Below, one piece after another: positions 38,044-48,159 of a DNA stretch of 64,000 nucleotides. The translations under genes were made by a program, and so were the position numbers. How positions within the stretch are numbered: the stretch's first letter is position 1; each line of letters opens with the position of its first letter. This DNA comes from Spirochaetota bacterium (lineage in GTDB: Bacteria > Spirochaetota > UBA4802 > UBA5550), in the NCBI GenBank assembly GCA_036821145.1, contig DAISJZ010000001.1, positions 87,636 through 151,635 on the forward strand, read 5' to 3'. The notes beneath the pieces were generated by a model that was given only the letters and a program-made list of their open reading frames with translations, searched no databases and was not told the origin of the DNA.

Positions 38044-38918
38044 ATATGAAATACAGAGAATTTTATAATAAAATCAAATATTATGTTTCATTTATTTCTT
38101 CATACATAAAAATAATAAGATCACTTCCTCATTCCGGAAAATATGCAGCATTATCAATTTTACTTATAATCATTTTTACAATAATAACATTTCCATACGA
38201 TTACCTGATCAGGAAAAAACTTTTTGATTACGAAGGGAAAGCTTTCAGAACAATCTCAATGAAATCACTTGAATTCAGCCTTTTAAGTGAATCTTCCGCT
38301 GAAAATGTTGAGGTTGTCCTTAAAAACGGACATGAACTTTTTTTTAAAAACATTCTTCTCAATATTTCATTAAATCCCTACAGGTTATTTATTACTAAAA
38401 GATTGCTTGCAGATTTTCAGTTTGATAATTTCAGAATTTCTTCACCAGACGCTGAAATAATGATGAACCTGAACGGTAACATTGATATTATCCCTGATGA
38501 ATTAAAAAAAATTCCCGGATCCGGGGAGATTAAACTTATTCTTGAAGAGTGTAAAATCAGGTTGAAAGAAATTTCAATTCCAGGCCCCATGGGGCCCTTC
38601 CCTGTTAAACTTGATACTGTTAATATTGAAAATGGTGTTGCTGAAATTGATATTGTAAACAGCACTGCCAGAATAAGAAATTTCAAATTATCCGGTACAG
38701 ATATTAACTGCAGTATTACCGGAACAATTGAAATAGCTGAACGTACAGATAATTCAAAACTTGATCTAAATGTCAGCATTGATCCTGAGTCCGCAGCGCT
38801 GGAACAGTATAAAGATATGATTAATATTATGGCTAACAATGGCACTCTTGTTCTCTCTGTTCGGGGTACTATGAACAGGCCTGATGTAAAAATTGCCGGT
38901 GCAGGTAAGTCAGAATGA
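38040..38918 (+). CDS. gspN: Type II secretion protein N
   Basis: IITFPYDYL N-terminal motif, beta-rich body, SVRGTMNRP C-terminus; last gsp gene. Confidence 0.82.
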   Translation: MNMKYREFYNKIKYYVSFISSYIKIIRSLPHSGKYAALSILLIIIFTIITFPYDYLIRKKLFDYEGKAFRTISMKSLEFSLLSESSAENVEVVLKNGHELFFKNILLNISLNPYRLFITKRLLADFQFDNFRISSPDAEIMMNLNGNIDIIPDELKKIPGSGEIKLILEECKIRLKEISIPGPMGPFPVKLDTVNIENGVAEIDIVNSTARIRNFKLSGTDINCSITGTIEIAERTDNSKLDLNVSIDPESAALEQYKDMINIMANNGTLVLSVRGTMNRPDVKIAGAGKSE

Positions 38919-40627
38919 AGATAGAAATGGCAAAAAACTCCGGTTTCTGTATGGGAGTCAGGAATGCAATACTTAAAATTGTCGATGAACTGAATTCCTG
39001 CGATGAAAATATATATGTATACGGACCGCTTATACATAATCCTCAGACAGTTGAAGTCCTTAAAAAAAGGGGACTGATTACAATTAACTCTCTCAAAGAA
39101 ATTAAAAATAAACAGATCGCAATAAGGACTCACGGCATTCCGGTAGACGAAAACCGGGTAATCAGAAATGAGGCATCAAGAACTATCAATCTTACATGCT
39201 CACGTGTAGCAAGAGTTCAATCATATATTAAAAAATACTCCTCAAACGGTTATTTCACTATTATTATCGGTGACAGGGACCACGCTGAAGTCATCGGCCT
39301 AAAAAGCTATGCAACTGCCGGAGTGCATGTCGTCTCAGAACCTGATGATATTAATACTCTACCGCGGTCTGAAAAATACCTTATTGTTTCACAAACAACT
39401 CATGAGAGAAACCAGTTTGAACTGATAGTAAACCTTATCCGTGAAAAACACAGTAATGTTGAAGTGATTGATACTATCTGTGATTCTACCCGCCTTCGGC
39501 AGGATGATGTCAGAGAAGGTATTGCCCGTGGAATAGATACACTTGTTGTTGTTGGAGGAAAAAATTCCGCAAACACAACAAGGCTTGCCAAAATCGGCAC
39601 TGATAACGGAATCAAAACTTTTCATATTGAAACTGATGAGGAACTGATTGCTGAAGAATTTAAAAATTCCAGGTATGTTCTTGTAACAGCCGGCGCTTCA
39701 ACTCCAGGATGGATAATCAATAATGTACTTGAAAAGCTTTATATTATAAATAACGCAAACAGTAATCCTGTTATTAAGGTTATAAAAAAATATTTCGAGT
39801 TTTTTGTCAGAAGTAATATTATTTCTTCTATCGCATCATTTCTAATGGTTCTTATTGCTCAGAAGTATGCGGGAATTGAACCGGGTTATAAATACGGAAT
39901 TATTGCGGCACTTTTTATCTATGTAATGTATACTGTTAATAATTACCTCGACAGGGAATTCCTGATTAAAAGCAATTCGTATAAATACAAAATTTACGAA
40001 AAATCAGGACTATATATGCTGATTGCTGCAATAATATCTTTTTTTATATCTATATATATAAGCTATTCAATATCTGCAACGATGATGTATCTATTTCTTG
40101 TTCCTTATCTTCTTGGTGTTTTTTATTCAACACCATACTTTAAACTTGTTATAAAAGCACTGGGTAGTGAACTGATTAAAAAGATATATAACACAAAAAT
40201 TGTTACTGGTTTCGGATGGCTTGTTGTGCTTATACTCCTCCCCTATTATGACCGGGGAGTTGATCTGATTACATTTATTTCTATGGGGAGCGTATTTTTT
40301 ACTTTTGTTTTTTTAAGACAGTTTATAATTGATCTGGTCGCATTCCAGGGAGACCTCATTCTTGGGAGAGATACACTCGCCACATCTTTCGGAGCAAAAT
40401 ATGCTGTTTACATTGCATACGCAATATCATTGACAGGAGTTATCGCATTCTCTGTAGTCACTATCCTGTCAGGAAAATTTACTTATCTTCTGTTTCTTTT
40501 ATGTATTATTTATTATCTTGTATTGCTTAAAAAAATCGGGAAAACCGATTACCTGATATCTCTTAGATATGAATTTCTGATTGATGCGAATTATATTCTT
40601 ATGGCATTACTGATGCCGTTTCTTTAA
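38915..40627 (+). CDS. ispH: 4-hydroxy-3-methylbut-2-enyl diphosphate reductase fused to a UbiA-like prenyltransferase domain
   Basis: GFCMGV, LIHNPQ, RTHG, LTCSRV, HAEV, TICDST..RQ, GGKNSANT; C-terminal ~280 aa with about eight TMs and NNYLD / DLVAFQGD...G..TL motifs. Confidence 0.92.
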   Translation: MKIEMAKNSGFCMGVRNAILKIVDELNSCDENIYVYGPLIHNPQTVEVLKKRGLITINSLKEIKNKQIAIRTHGIPVDENRVIRNEASRTINLTCSRVARVQSYIKKYSSNGYFTIIIGDRDHAEVIGLKSYATAGVHVVSEPDDINTLPRSEKYLIVSQTTHERNQFELIVNLIREKHSNVEVIDTICDSTRLRQDDVREGIARGIDTLVVVGGKNSANTTRLAKIGTDNGIKTFHIETDEELIAEEFKNSRYVLVTAGASTPGWIINNVLEKLYIINNANSNPVIKVIKKYFEFFVRSNIISSIASFLMVLIAQKYAGIEPGYKYGIIAALFIYVMYTVNNYLDREFLIKSNSYKYKIYEKSGLYMLIAAIISFFISIYISYSISATMMYLFLVPYLLGVFYSTPYFKLVIKALGSELIKKIYNTKIVTGFGWLVVLILLPYYDRGVDLITFISMGSVFFTFVFLRQFIIDLVAFQGDLILGRDTLATSFGAKYAVYIAYAISLTGVIAFSVVTILSGKFTYLLFLLCIIYYLVLLKKIGKTDYLISLRYEFLIDANYILMALLMPFL

Positions 40628-40628
40628 A

Positions 40629-41564
40629 TCATACCTTAACGAGATTAACGGCAGGGCCTGTCTCGACAATCAGCTCCCCTATAGCCTGGTAAATATCTCC
40701 ATCCATTGTATAATCATAACTATGGTCATAATTCATTCTGATTTTTTTACCATGGCACTTAAGGTATTTGTCAGATTTTATTATTTTACCGGTTCTTAAC
40801 CTGTTTAATTTCATGATAATAGAAGATGGCTTTAATCCAACAATAATGGCCTCAAAAGCACCTTCCTGATATGCTGCGCCTGGCATTGGTGAAAACCCCA
40901 TGCCGATATGCTCTACAGTTCCAGCAAGAAGTCCATGGACCGGATTAATATCAATTTTCTTATCATCAATATAAACTTCACCAAACATCTCTCTGAATAT
41001 CTTCCCGTTACTGCTGTTACTCAAAGCTTCCTTTGCTGACATAAGGGCAACCTGTATATTCCGTATGAAACCTTTCTCTTTTCCACTATAGGCTTCCCTT
41101 AGAAAATTGGTAATAAAACCGGTGCCGAAAAGAAAGCAATACATATTATTAATCTTCATCGTTGTTCTTTTATGTATTTCTATTTCATTACCGGTGTTTA
41201 CAGCATTAATCAGCCTCTGGAGAAGTTGAGGCCCGCGTCCTTTCAGATTTATTGTTCTGGCAACATTATCCATAGTCCCTTCTTTAAGAATGAGAACAGG
41301 AGGTACCGGTTCAGGTTGAAAACTATTAATTATGCTGCTGAGAACAACATGGAGTGTACCATCACCACCGGCAATACATATATAATCTGGTTTCTCCTTA
41401 GCCATAAGATCTGCAGCGGAATGAAGTTCATCAAGAGTTGACGGTGTTATTATTGATACCATGTCAGATTCAAGTTTTCTGTAGCAATCGAAAGATGCTC
41501 TGCCTGTTCTGAATTTTTTTGCATTGGGATTTATTATTACCCTGATATCTTTTTTGTTTTGCAT
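40629..41564 (-). CDS. Diacylglycerol/lipid kinase family protein (DAGK_cat)
   Basis: IINPNA, IAGGDGT, GTMDNVAR, TMDGD motifs. Confidence 0.88.
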   Translation of the reverse strand: MQNKKDIRVIINPNAKKFRTGRASFDCYRKLESDMVSIITPSTLDELHSAADLMAKEKPDYICIAGGDGTLHVVLSSIINSFQPEPVPPVLILKEGTMDNVARTINLKGRGPQLLQRLINAVNTGNEIEIHKRTTMKINNMYCFLFGTGFITNFLREAYSGKEKGFIRNIQVALMSAKEALSNSSNGKIFREMFGEVYIDDKKIDINPVHGLLAGTVEHIGMGFSPMPGAAYQEGAFEAIIVGLKPSSIIMKLNRLRTGKIIKSDKYLKCHGKKIRMNYDHSYDYTMDGDIYQAIGELIVETGPAVNLVKV

Positions 41565-41678
41565 AAATCAGCCATCTCTATATTATTTACATATTAATAA
41601 ATGAAAAGCAATATCATTAAAGTTTATTACTAATCAGAATTAAAATAAACTAAGGAGATACAGTTCAACTGTTTTTTT

Positions 41679-42947
41679 ATGCTGCAGAAAATTCTTGATA
41701 AATATATTAATAATGAACAACGGATAGACTTCAGTCACTATTCACCTCAGAATATTGCAATACTCCTTGACACCCTCGGTAACCCGCAAAAAAAAATTAA
41801 AACCGTTCATGTCGCAGGGACTAACGGTAAGGGAACCGTCTGTTTTATTGTTTCCGGCGTTCTCGAAAAGTCAGGCTACAGTGCGGGCCTGTTCATATCT
41901 CCTCATTTAAGAAGAATAAATGAGAGAATAAGTATTAATTCAGTTGAGATATCAGACGATGAACTGCTCTATTATATTCAGAGAGCAGACAGTGCTGCCA
42001 ATGATTGCAGGATTACTGTCACCTATTTTGATATTCTCACTACAGCAGCTTTCTGCTACTTCTACGACAAATCTGTAGACATTGCTGTAATCGAAACAGG
42101 ACTTGGCGGACGTCTTGACTCGACAAATGTAATAATACCCGAAATTTCGATAATAACAGACATCTCTTTCGATCACTCCCGCATATTAGGTGATACTTTA
42201 GAGAAAATCACTTATGAAAAATGCGGAATAGTAAAACCCGGTATTCCGGTTATAACGACCAATAATGATCAGTGTATATTAAATATTATCCGTAAAACTG
42301 CTGAAGAAAAAAAATCACAACTCATAGCAATGAATAAAGCATACAGTTACGAAAGAATACCTGAAGATAAAACCTTATTCAAGTTCAGATTAAATTTTGA
42401 AAAGCATGAACCCATTATTATCGAAACCGATCTATTCCCGGAGCATCAGATAAAAAATGCAGCCGCTTCTGCAGTTGCATTATTGCTGCTTAAAGCGAAT
42501 CATTTCAGTGCAATTACAACCAACAGTATTATAAACTGCATCCGGGACATACGCATCCCCGGGCGATATCAGAAACTTTCATTCACAAAACATATTTACT
42601 TTGATCCTGCACATAATTATGCATCATTACTTGCAATCCTTAATGGCTTAAAGACATTATTCCCGACATTTAAAACTAAAATTATTCTGAGCATGATGAA
42701 GGATAAAATTATACCAGAAGTAATAGAGCTCCTTGAAACAGAAAAAGAAAATATTATATATTACCTTATTGACGATCAGCGCGCATTTATTCCTGAAAAC
42801 AATCAGTTTTATTTAATTACTGACGATAGAAATATTATTTTTAAGGAATTAAAGTCCGACATTAATAATACTATTATTATATTTACAGGCACTTTCAGAA
42901 TTTACGATTTTGCATTAAAAACAGCTGAGTATTTGGATAAAGTTTAA
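41679..42947 (+). CDS. folC: Bifunctional folylpolyglutamate synthase/dihydrofolate synthase
   Basis: HVAGTNGKGT, SPHL...ERI, ETGLGGRLDSTN, DHSRILG, PGR, DPAHN. Confidence 0.95.
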   Translation: MLQKILDKYINNEQRIDFSHYSPQNIAILLDTLGNPQKKIKTVHVAGTNGKGTVCFIVSGVLEKSGYSAGLFISPHLRRINERISINSVEISDDELLYYIQRADSAANDCRITVTYFDILTTAAFCYFYDKSVDIAVIETGLGGRLDSTNVIIPEISIITDISFDHSRILGDTLEKITYEKCGIVKPGIPVITTNNDQCILNIIRKTAEEKKSQLIAMNKAYSYERIPEDKTLFKFRLNFEKHEPIIIETDLFPEHQIKNAAASAVALLLLKANHFSAITTNSIINCIRDIRIPGRYQKLSFTKHIYFDPAHNYASLLAILNGLKTLFPTFKTKIILSMMKDKIIPEVIELLETEKENIIYYLIDDQRAFIPENNQFYLITDDRNIIFKELKSDINNTIIIFTGTFRIYDFALKTAEYLDKV

Positions 42948-42964
42948 AAAACAAACGGATCATT

Positions 42965-43903
42965 ATGGATAACCTGAACGGACTAATTGAAGAAATTTTT
43001 GAACTCAAGGATAGTATAAACAATGAACTTATTTCAACGGAACAGGCAGTAGCTGCTTTAAAGGACTTTGAAAACCGCAGTAAATCTTTTACTACTAATA
43101 ATGCTTATATAAAAGCCAATGCACTCAAAAGTTTGATGATTATTTTTAATATTACCAATTTTTCAGATATCACAATCTTATTTTCAAAAAATGATTCCGG
43201 TGTAATAATTCACGAAGAATCAGGAGATCCTTTATTATGCAGTATAATTGAAGAAATAGTTCAGGATAATCCCGATTTTTATAAAGGACTCGAAAAAATT
43301 GAAATTAGGGGAATTTATTATACTATTTTTTCTGAATCATTAAATACAGGTTCTACAGTTTATACTTTAATTTCACTAACTTTATCCCGGAATTTCAGAC
43401 CCACCCGTTTTCATATACTTTCAGATCTTGTTATGGATTATATTAAATCTTCACATGAAATAAGAAAAGGTATGTATAATGATCTCTTTGATTATACAGT
43501 TATTGAACTGACAAAGTTTATCTCTTTATTCGAGAATAATGAACCTGTTGTTTTCTTTTTCAGGTATGAATATATATCGGAATTTTTCAATAAAATTGGC
43601 CTTGCGACTATCATAGAAATATCACATCACATTAAACATAAACTTACTGAATTATTCGGAAAAGAGGTTTCCATTATAAGACTTTCACTTTCAAGTTATG
43701 TTGTCGTAGCTACACGGGATAATGGTGATATTGACTTCGGCGGGATGCTGACAAAAAACAGGATTAACTTCAGCTTTAAAGGGATTCTGCTTCCATATAC
43801 TGTTGTACAGGTTCCATATAAAAAAGAGAACTCAATTTATGATATTTTTGAAAATGTAAATCTTCTCAATAATTATCTGCATAATGGCGATGTCAAAATC
43901 TGA
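42965..43903 (+). CDS. Hypothetical protein with possible degenerate GGDEF-like C-terminal domain
   Basis: Clean 312 aa ORF; secondary pattern of the C-terminus resembles GGDEF (IIRLSLSSYVVV in place of ARLGGDEFAV). Confidence 0.55.
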   Translation: MDNLNGLIEEIFELKDSINNELISTEQAVAALKDFENRSKSFTTNNAYIKANALKSLMIIFNITNFSDITILFSKNDSGVIIHEESGDPLLCSIIEEIVQDNPDFYKGLEKIEIRGIYYTIFSESLNTGSTVYTLISLTLSRNFRPTRFHILSDLVMDYIKSSHEIRKGMYNDLFDYTVIELTKFISLFENNEPVVFFFRYEYISEFFNKIGLATIIEISHHIKHKLTELFGKEVSIIRLSLSSYVVVATRDNGDIDFGGMLTKNRINFSFKGILLPYTVVQVPYKKENSIYDIFENVNLLNNYLHNGDVKI

Positions 43904-43904
43904 T

Positions 43905-46247
43905 TTATTGATTCTCTAAATTATTTGTTTTTATTATTTCACTATATCTTGAAATAATATCGATTTTAGCTCCTAAAAGATAATCATTCTTTTTCTGGAT
44001 AATATCATTTTTCAAAAGAAATTTTAATCCATTATTCAGAATATGTTTACTGTTATATGGTACCGGAAGGTTGTTTTCACTGATAAATCTTTCAATATAT
44101 TTTTTCAGTTTTGCAGCTTTTAATATGTAGTTCTTCTGCTGCAGTATACCGCAGATTATATGCTGCGGAAGAATTATTTCATCACTAATCCACAACTCCC
44201 TGATCATAGAGTGAACAGATATTTCTGAATGTATCTGCTTTGTAAAATCTGACAGAAATAATGGCGATGAAAAGTTAATGACTGCCGGTTCAGAAAAAAC
44301 AGGAATATCATCAGATTCATTCAGCTTGTTACTGTATGTTATCTGGGCAGGAATAAGAACTATTTCTGTAGATTCCTGATACATAATGGAATTTAACAGT
44401 TCAAAAAAGTATTCATTTAATGGTGAAATAACAGAATTTTTTTCCGGTTCATTTTCAGGGAAATAGAGCAGCGGTACTCCATGGCTGATTAGAGTTGATA
44501 TATACTGAATCACGCATTCCCGATAGAGGAGATTACCTGATTTTGATCTATGAATTATATATCCCCCGCATTTACGTAAAAGATACCTGTTAAGCCATCC
44601 GCCTGAAACTTCAGCTGGAACAAAGAATCTCGGTTCCGGAAGAAATTTCTTATATATGGAATATACATAATAATAAAAGTCAGTATTATTTTTAAATCTT
44701 GGAATATATATTGTATTAACTCTTTCTCTTAGATTCCTGATTTTATCAACATCTCCGGTAATGCTTATACGGTTTTTTTTGCCGTTTATTCTGTTCCAGA
44801 GATGCCTGAAGGAGAGATAATTGAACATAATATGAGAAATGAGAGTATTGTTATGATCAATGATTTCTGAAAGATATAAAGATGTCAGTTTTTTAAGATA
44901 CTTATCAAAATTTGAATTATTTAATTGTGAAATATACTTAAGCTCATTTTTCAAGAAATTGTTTTTAATACCGTACTGTTGTTCTATTGAACCTTTGAAA
45001 TTTGAAATTAGAAAATTTTTCAGTTCCTGAGTATTATACTTATTTTTAATAGACTCAAGAACGCTCTGCATTATTATTTTTTTAAATGCGCCACCCTTGA
45101 GAGTTTCAAGGCCCCGTTTTTTTTCTTTAACATGAAGTTTGGCATTATTGTAAATTTCATCAAATTTATCAGGATTTTTAATTGTTTCTATTAAAAGTGA
45201 GGGTTCCTTTTTATTAAGAAGAACTTCATAAAGAGATCTGTAAACAGGTGTCGAAACCGAATGTTTCGCAGCAAGTTCCATCAGGGGTTCAATTGCATAT
45301 GCTCCTTCAGCGAGATAATGATAATTGCTGCTTATCTTCTCCAGAACATATTCAGGCTTAAATCTAAGGTAAATCTTATCAGTCATTGAAAGAGTTGTAC
45401 CCTTTTCAATTATCTTTTTAGCAATATCTTTCCCGAATCTCCGGTTTCTGCTGTGATCACTTAGAGCAGTGGCAACAAGGTCACCTGTACCGGTAATATC
45501 AATAATCGTTTCAGGATTTGCACCAAGAGCAACACCAAGTCTGTACATCTCTTTAAGAGATTCAGCTATAAGAGCTCCTTCAAGATTATCACCGCACCTT
45601 GGCAGTATTGCAATCATACCTGCAGCAATAGCAGCAGGGTTTTTAAGTGTACCCCCGAGATCAACACCAAGAATATCCTCCGTTTCACGGCACTGCAGGT
45701 AATCGCAGTTAAGGAGATCACAAAAATACTTTCTGTCAGTTTCTGAAGCTGACGCGACGGTGAGACATGTATGAAAATACTTGATCACCTCTTCCGCATG
45801 GCTGGGGCCGTAAATACCCACTACCCTTTTTTTATATGAAGGTAGTAGCTCTGCAATAGTCTGGGATATTGTCAGTATATCATTATTAACCCTGCAGAAA
45901 CCTTTTGAAAGATACGCTATTGGTACTTCAGAGGAAATTAACCTTCCTATTTTATTTACTGTATCAGGAACCACCTTGGAAGGTGTAGCAATAATTATAG
46001 CATCTGTATTATGAAGAGATTCACGAAGATGATTTGTAGCTTTAATATTAAGAGGAAGTCTTACACCGGGAAGAAAATCGCTATTCAGGTTTTTATTATT
46101 TATAGAATGAACCGTGGATTTTTCATATGCCCACATTTTAACAAGTGTGTTTGGAAAATTCTCAGCTATAACTTTAGCTATAGCTGTACCCCAGGAACCT
46201 GCGCCAATTATTGATATCTGTTTAACTTTATTCTGTTTTTCCGGCAT
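43905..46247 (-). CDS. gpsA: NAD(P)H-dependent glycerol-3-phosphate dehydrogenase fused to a degenerate PlsB-like acyltransferase domain
   Basis: IIGAGSWGTA, LSKG, GPSHAEEV, GTLKN, GTGDLVAT...SRNRRFG, AEG; C-terminal GGYIIHRS, LYFPE, LIPAQITY blocks. Confidence 0.92.
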   Translation of the reverse strand: MPEKQNKVKQISIIGAGSWGTAIAKVIAENFPNTLVKMWAYEKSTVHSINNKNLNSDFLPGVRLPLNIKATNHLRESLHNTDAIIIATPSKVVPDTVNKIGRLISSEVPIAYLSKGFCRVNNDILTISQTIAELLPSYKKRVVGIYGPSHAEEVIKYFHTCLTVASASETDRKYFCDLLNCDYLQCRETEDILGVDLGGTLKNPAAIAAGMIAILPRCGDNLEGALIAESLKEMYRLGVALGANPETIIDITGTGDLVATALSDHSRNRRFGKDIAKKIIEKGTTLSMTDKIYLRFKPEYVLEKISSNYHYLAEGAYAIEPLMELAAKHSVSTPVYRSLYEVLLNKKEPSLLIETIKNPDKFDEIYNNAKLHVKEKKRGLETLKGGAFKKIIMQSVLESIKNKYNTQELKNFLISNFKGSIEQQYGIKNNFLKNELKYISQLNNSNFDKYLKKLTSLYLSEIIDHNNTLISHIMFNYLSFRHLWNRINGKKNRISITGDVDKIRNLRERVNTIYIPRFKNNTDFYYYVYSIYKKFLPEPRFFVPAEVSGGWLNRYLLRKCGGYIIHRSKSGNLLYRECVIQYISTLISHGVPLLYFPENEPEKNSVISPLNEYFFELLNSIMYQESTEIVLIPAQITYSNKLNESDDIPVFSEPAVINFSSPLFLSDFTKQIHSEISVHSMIRELWISDEIILPQHIICGILQQKNYILKAAKLKKYIERFISENNLPVPYNSKHILNNGLKFLLKNDIIQKKNDYLLGAKIDIISRYSEIIKTNNLENQ

Positions 46248-46264
46248 AGTACTCTCTGCTTGAT

Positions 46265-46312
46265 AAAAAATAAAAAAGGGATTAATTCTGTTCCTGTTTC
46301 AGCCTTAATCCC
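46265..46312 (-). terminator. Possible intrinsic terminator after rpoD
   Basis: On the minus strand GGGATTAA-19 nt-TTAATCCC followed by TTTTTTATTTTTT. Confidence 0.5.
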
Positions 46313-46335
46313 CTCAAGTAAGCATTGACATTATA

Positions 46336-48105
46336 CTACATATAGTCCAGATAATCTTTCAGTTTTCTTGCTCTGGTAGGATGCCTGAGTCTTCTGAGAG
46401 CTTTTGCTTCTATCTGCCTGATTCTTTCCCTTGTAACCTTGAATACGTAACCCACTTCTTCAAGAGTATGGGAGTATCCGTCATCAAGGCCGAACCGCAT
46501 ACGGATTACCTTCTGCTCTCTTGCGGGTAGAGTATTAAGTACTGCAACAATCTGTTCATTAAGGAGCCTGTGCGCTGCTGTATTTGCCGGAGAATCAACA
46601 TCCTTATCTTCAATAAAATCTCCGAGAAGTGAATCCTCCTCCTCACCCACTGGAGTTTCAAGAGAAATCGGCTCACGGGCTACATTCTTCACAGCCTTGA
46701 CCTTGGCAACAGGCCAGCCAAGTCTGTCTGCAAGCTCTTCCGGGTTGGGCTCACGGCCGAACTCCTGCTGAAAAAGCCTTGTCTCTCTCATGACTTTGTT
46801 AATCTGTTCAATCATATGAACAGGGACACGGATAGTTCTTGCCTGATCAGAGATTGCCCTTGTTATGGCCTGACGTATCCACCAGGTAGCGTAAGTAGAG
46901 AATTTATAGCCTTTTCTATATTCAAATTTATCCACGGCCTTAATCAGACCGATATTCCCTTCCTGGATGAGATCAAAAAAATGCATACCGCGGTTTGCAT
47001 ACTTCTTCGCGATAGAAACAACAAGCCTGAGGTTTGCGTTGATCAATTCCTTTTTTGCTCTTTGAATCTTCCGCTGCCCGTAGGATATCTGCTTGCCCCA
47101 TTCAAGAATTTCATCAGCCTCAGCTCCGGCCTCCTGTTCAATCCTTCGGATTTTTCTTTCATTATTACGTACATCTTTAACAATTTCAAGAAGGTCATCT
47201 TTATTCCTGAGTTTCAGCTCTTTGATTATAAGATCAATATCCTCTTCTTTCTCAACTTTTCGAGCGAAGTGTTTGAGTTCTTTGATATCTTTACTGTATT
47301 TCTCTTCAATTTCATGGAAAAACTTATATGTTTCATCAATCCTTTTAACCATAGACTGAATCTTATGCGAAAGCTTGCTGATTTCATCTTCACTGATTTC
47401 AAGCTCTTCAACAGATTGTCTTATCTTCTCTTTTGATTTTACAATGTCTTCTTTAATTTTAAGAGCTTCAGCTGAATCCTCTTCATAACGCTTCATCTTG
47501 TTTTGAAGCTTTATAATTTTTGAGTCTTCTTCGATGATTGTTTTCATCTTTATGTTATATTTTTTTTCAAGCTCTGTAAGATCAACTGATGAAAAATAAT
47601 AAAGTCTGTTGATTCTCAGAATTTCAGTAAGCTTAATTTTTCCTGTTGTTACCTTGGAATGGTTTTTTATAAGCTCATTTGTCAGAAGAGTTGAATTAAT
47701 CACAGCTTTTTCGATAAGAATCTCGCCCTCTTCTATCCGCTTGGCGAGATCAACCTCCTGCTCTCCGGATAGAAGCGATACCTTACCGATCTCCTTCAGA
47801 TAAAGCCTGATAGGATCATCAACATGTGACGTGTCTTCAGATGCGGATGATGCGGTTTTACGGGTTGAAGAAGTTTTCTTCTTTGCCACAACCTCAGGGG
47901 CAGCTTTTCGTGTTGATTCCTCAACAACTTCAATACCGAGCTGATTCAGAAGAATAAAAATATCATCTATTTTCTCAGAATTGAGGAGCTTATCCGGAAG
48001 AATGTCATTTATTTCATCGTAAGTAACTTCATTATTTGCTTTACCGACTTCTATGAGTTTTTTTACTTCAGCAATGTTTTCAAGTACTAAATCATTTTTA
48101 CTCAT
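46336..48105 (-). CDS. rpoD: RNA polymerase primary sigma factor
   Basis: Region 1.1, [60 protein letters not shown]. Confidence 0.98.
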   Translation of the reverse strand: MSKNDLVLENIAEVKKLIEVGKANNEVTYDEINDILPDKLLNSEKIDDIFILLNQLGIEVVEESTRKAAPEVVAKKKTSSTRKTASSASEDTSHVDDPIRLYLKEIGKVSLLSGEQEVDLAKRIEEGEILIEKAVINSTLLTNELIKNHSKVTTGKIKLTEILRINRLYYFSSVDLTELEKKYNIKMKTIIEEDSKIIKLQNKMKRYEEDSAEALKIKEDIVKSKEKIRQSVEELEISEDEISKLSHKIQSMVKRIDETYKFFHEIEEKYSKDIKELKHFARKVEKEEDIDLIIKELKLRNKDDLLEIVKDVRNNERKIRRIEQEAGAEADEILEWGKQISYGQRKIQRAKKELINANLRLVVSIAKKYANRGMHFFDLIQEGNIGLIKAVDKFEYRKGYKFSTYATWWIRQAITRAISDQARTIRVPVHMIEQINKVMRETRLFQQEFGREPNPEELADRLGWPVAKVKAVKNVAREPISLETPVGEEEDSLLGDFIEDKDVDSPANTAAHRLLNEQIVAVLNTLPAREQKVIRMRFGLDDGYSHTLEEVGYVFKVTRERIRQIEAKALRRLRHPTRARKLKDYLDYM

Positions 48106-48159
48106 ATTCTGTTTTAACCTTGCTTAAAAGATTTATTTTTGTAAGATAAAATACCGGTT

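Noticed and set aside
38417-39133. 238-aa minus-strand ORF across the gspN/ispH junction
   Set aside because: Antisense shadow of two well-supported genes; no recognisable domain.
46816-47436. 206-aa plus-strand ORF
   Set aside because: Antisense shadow of rpoD.
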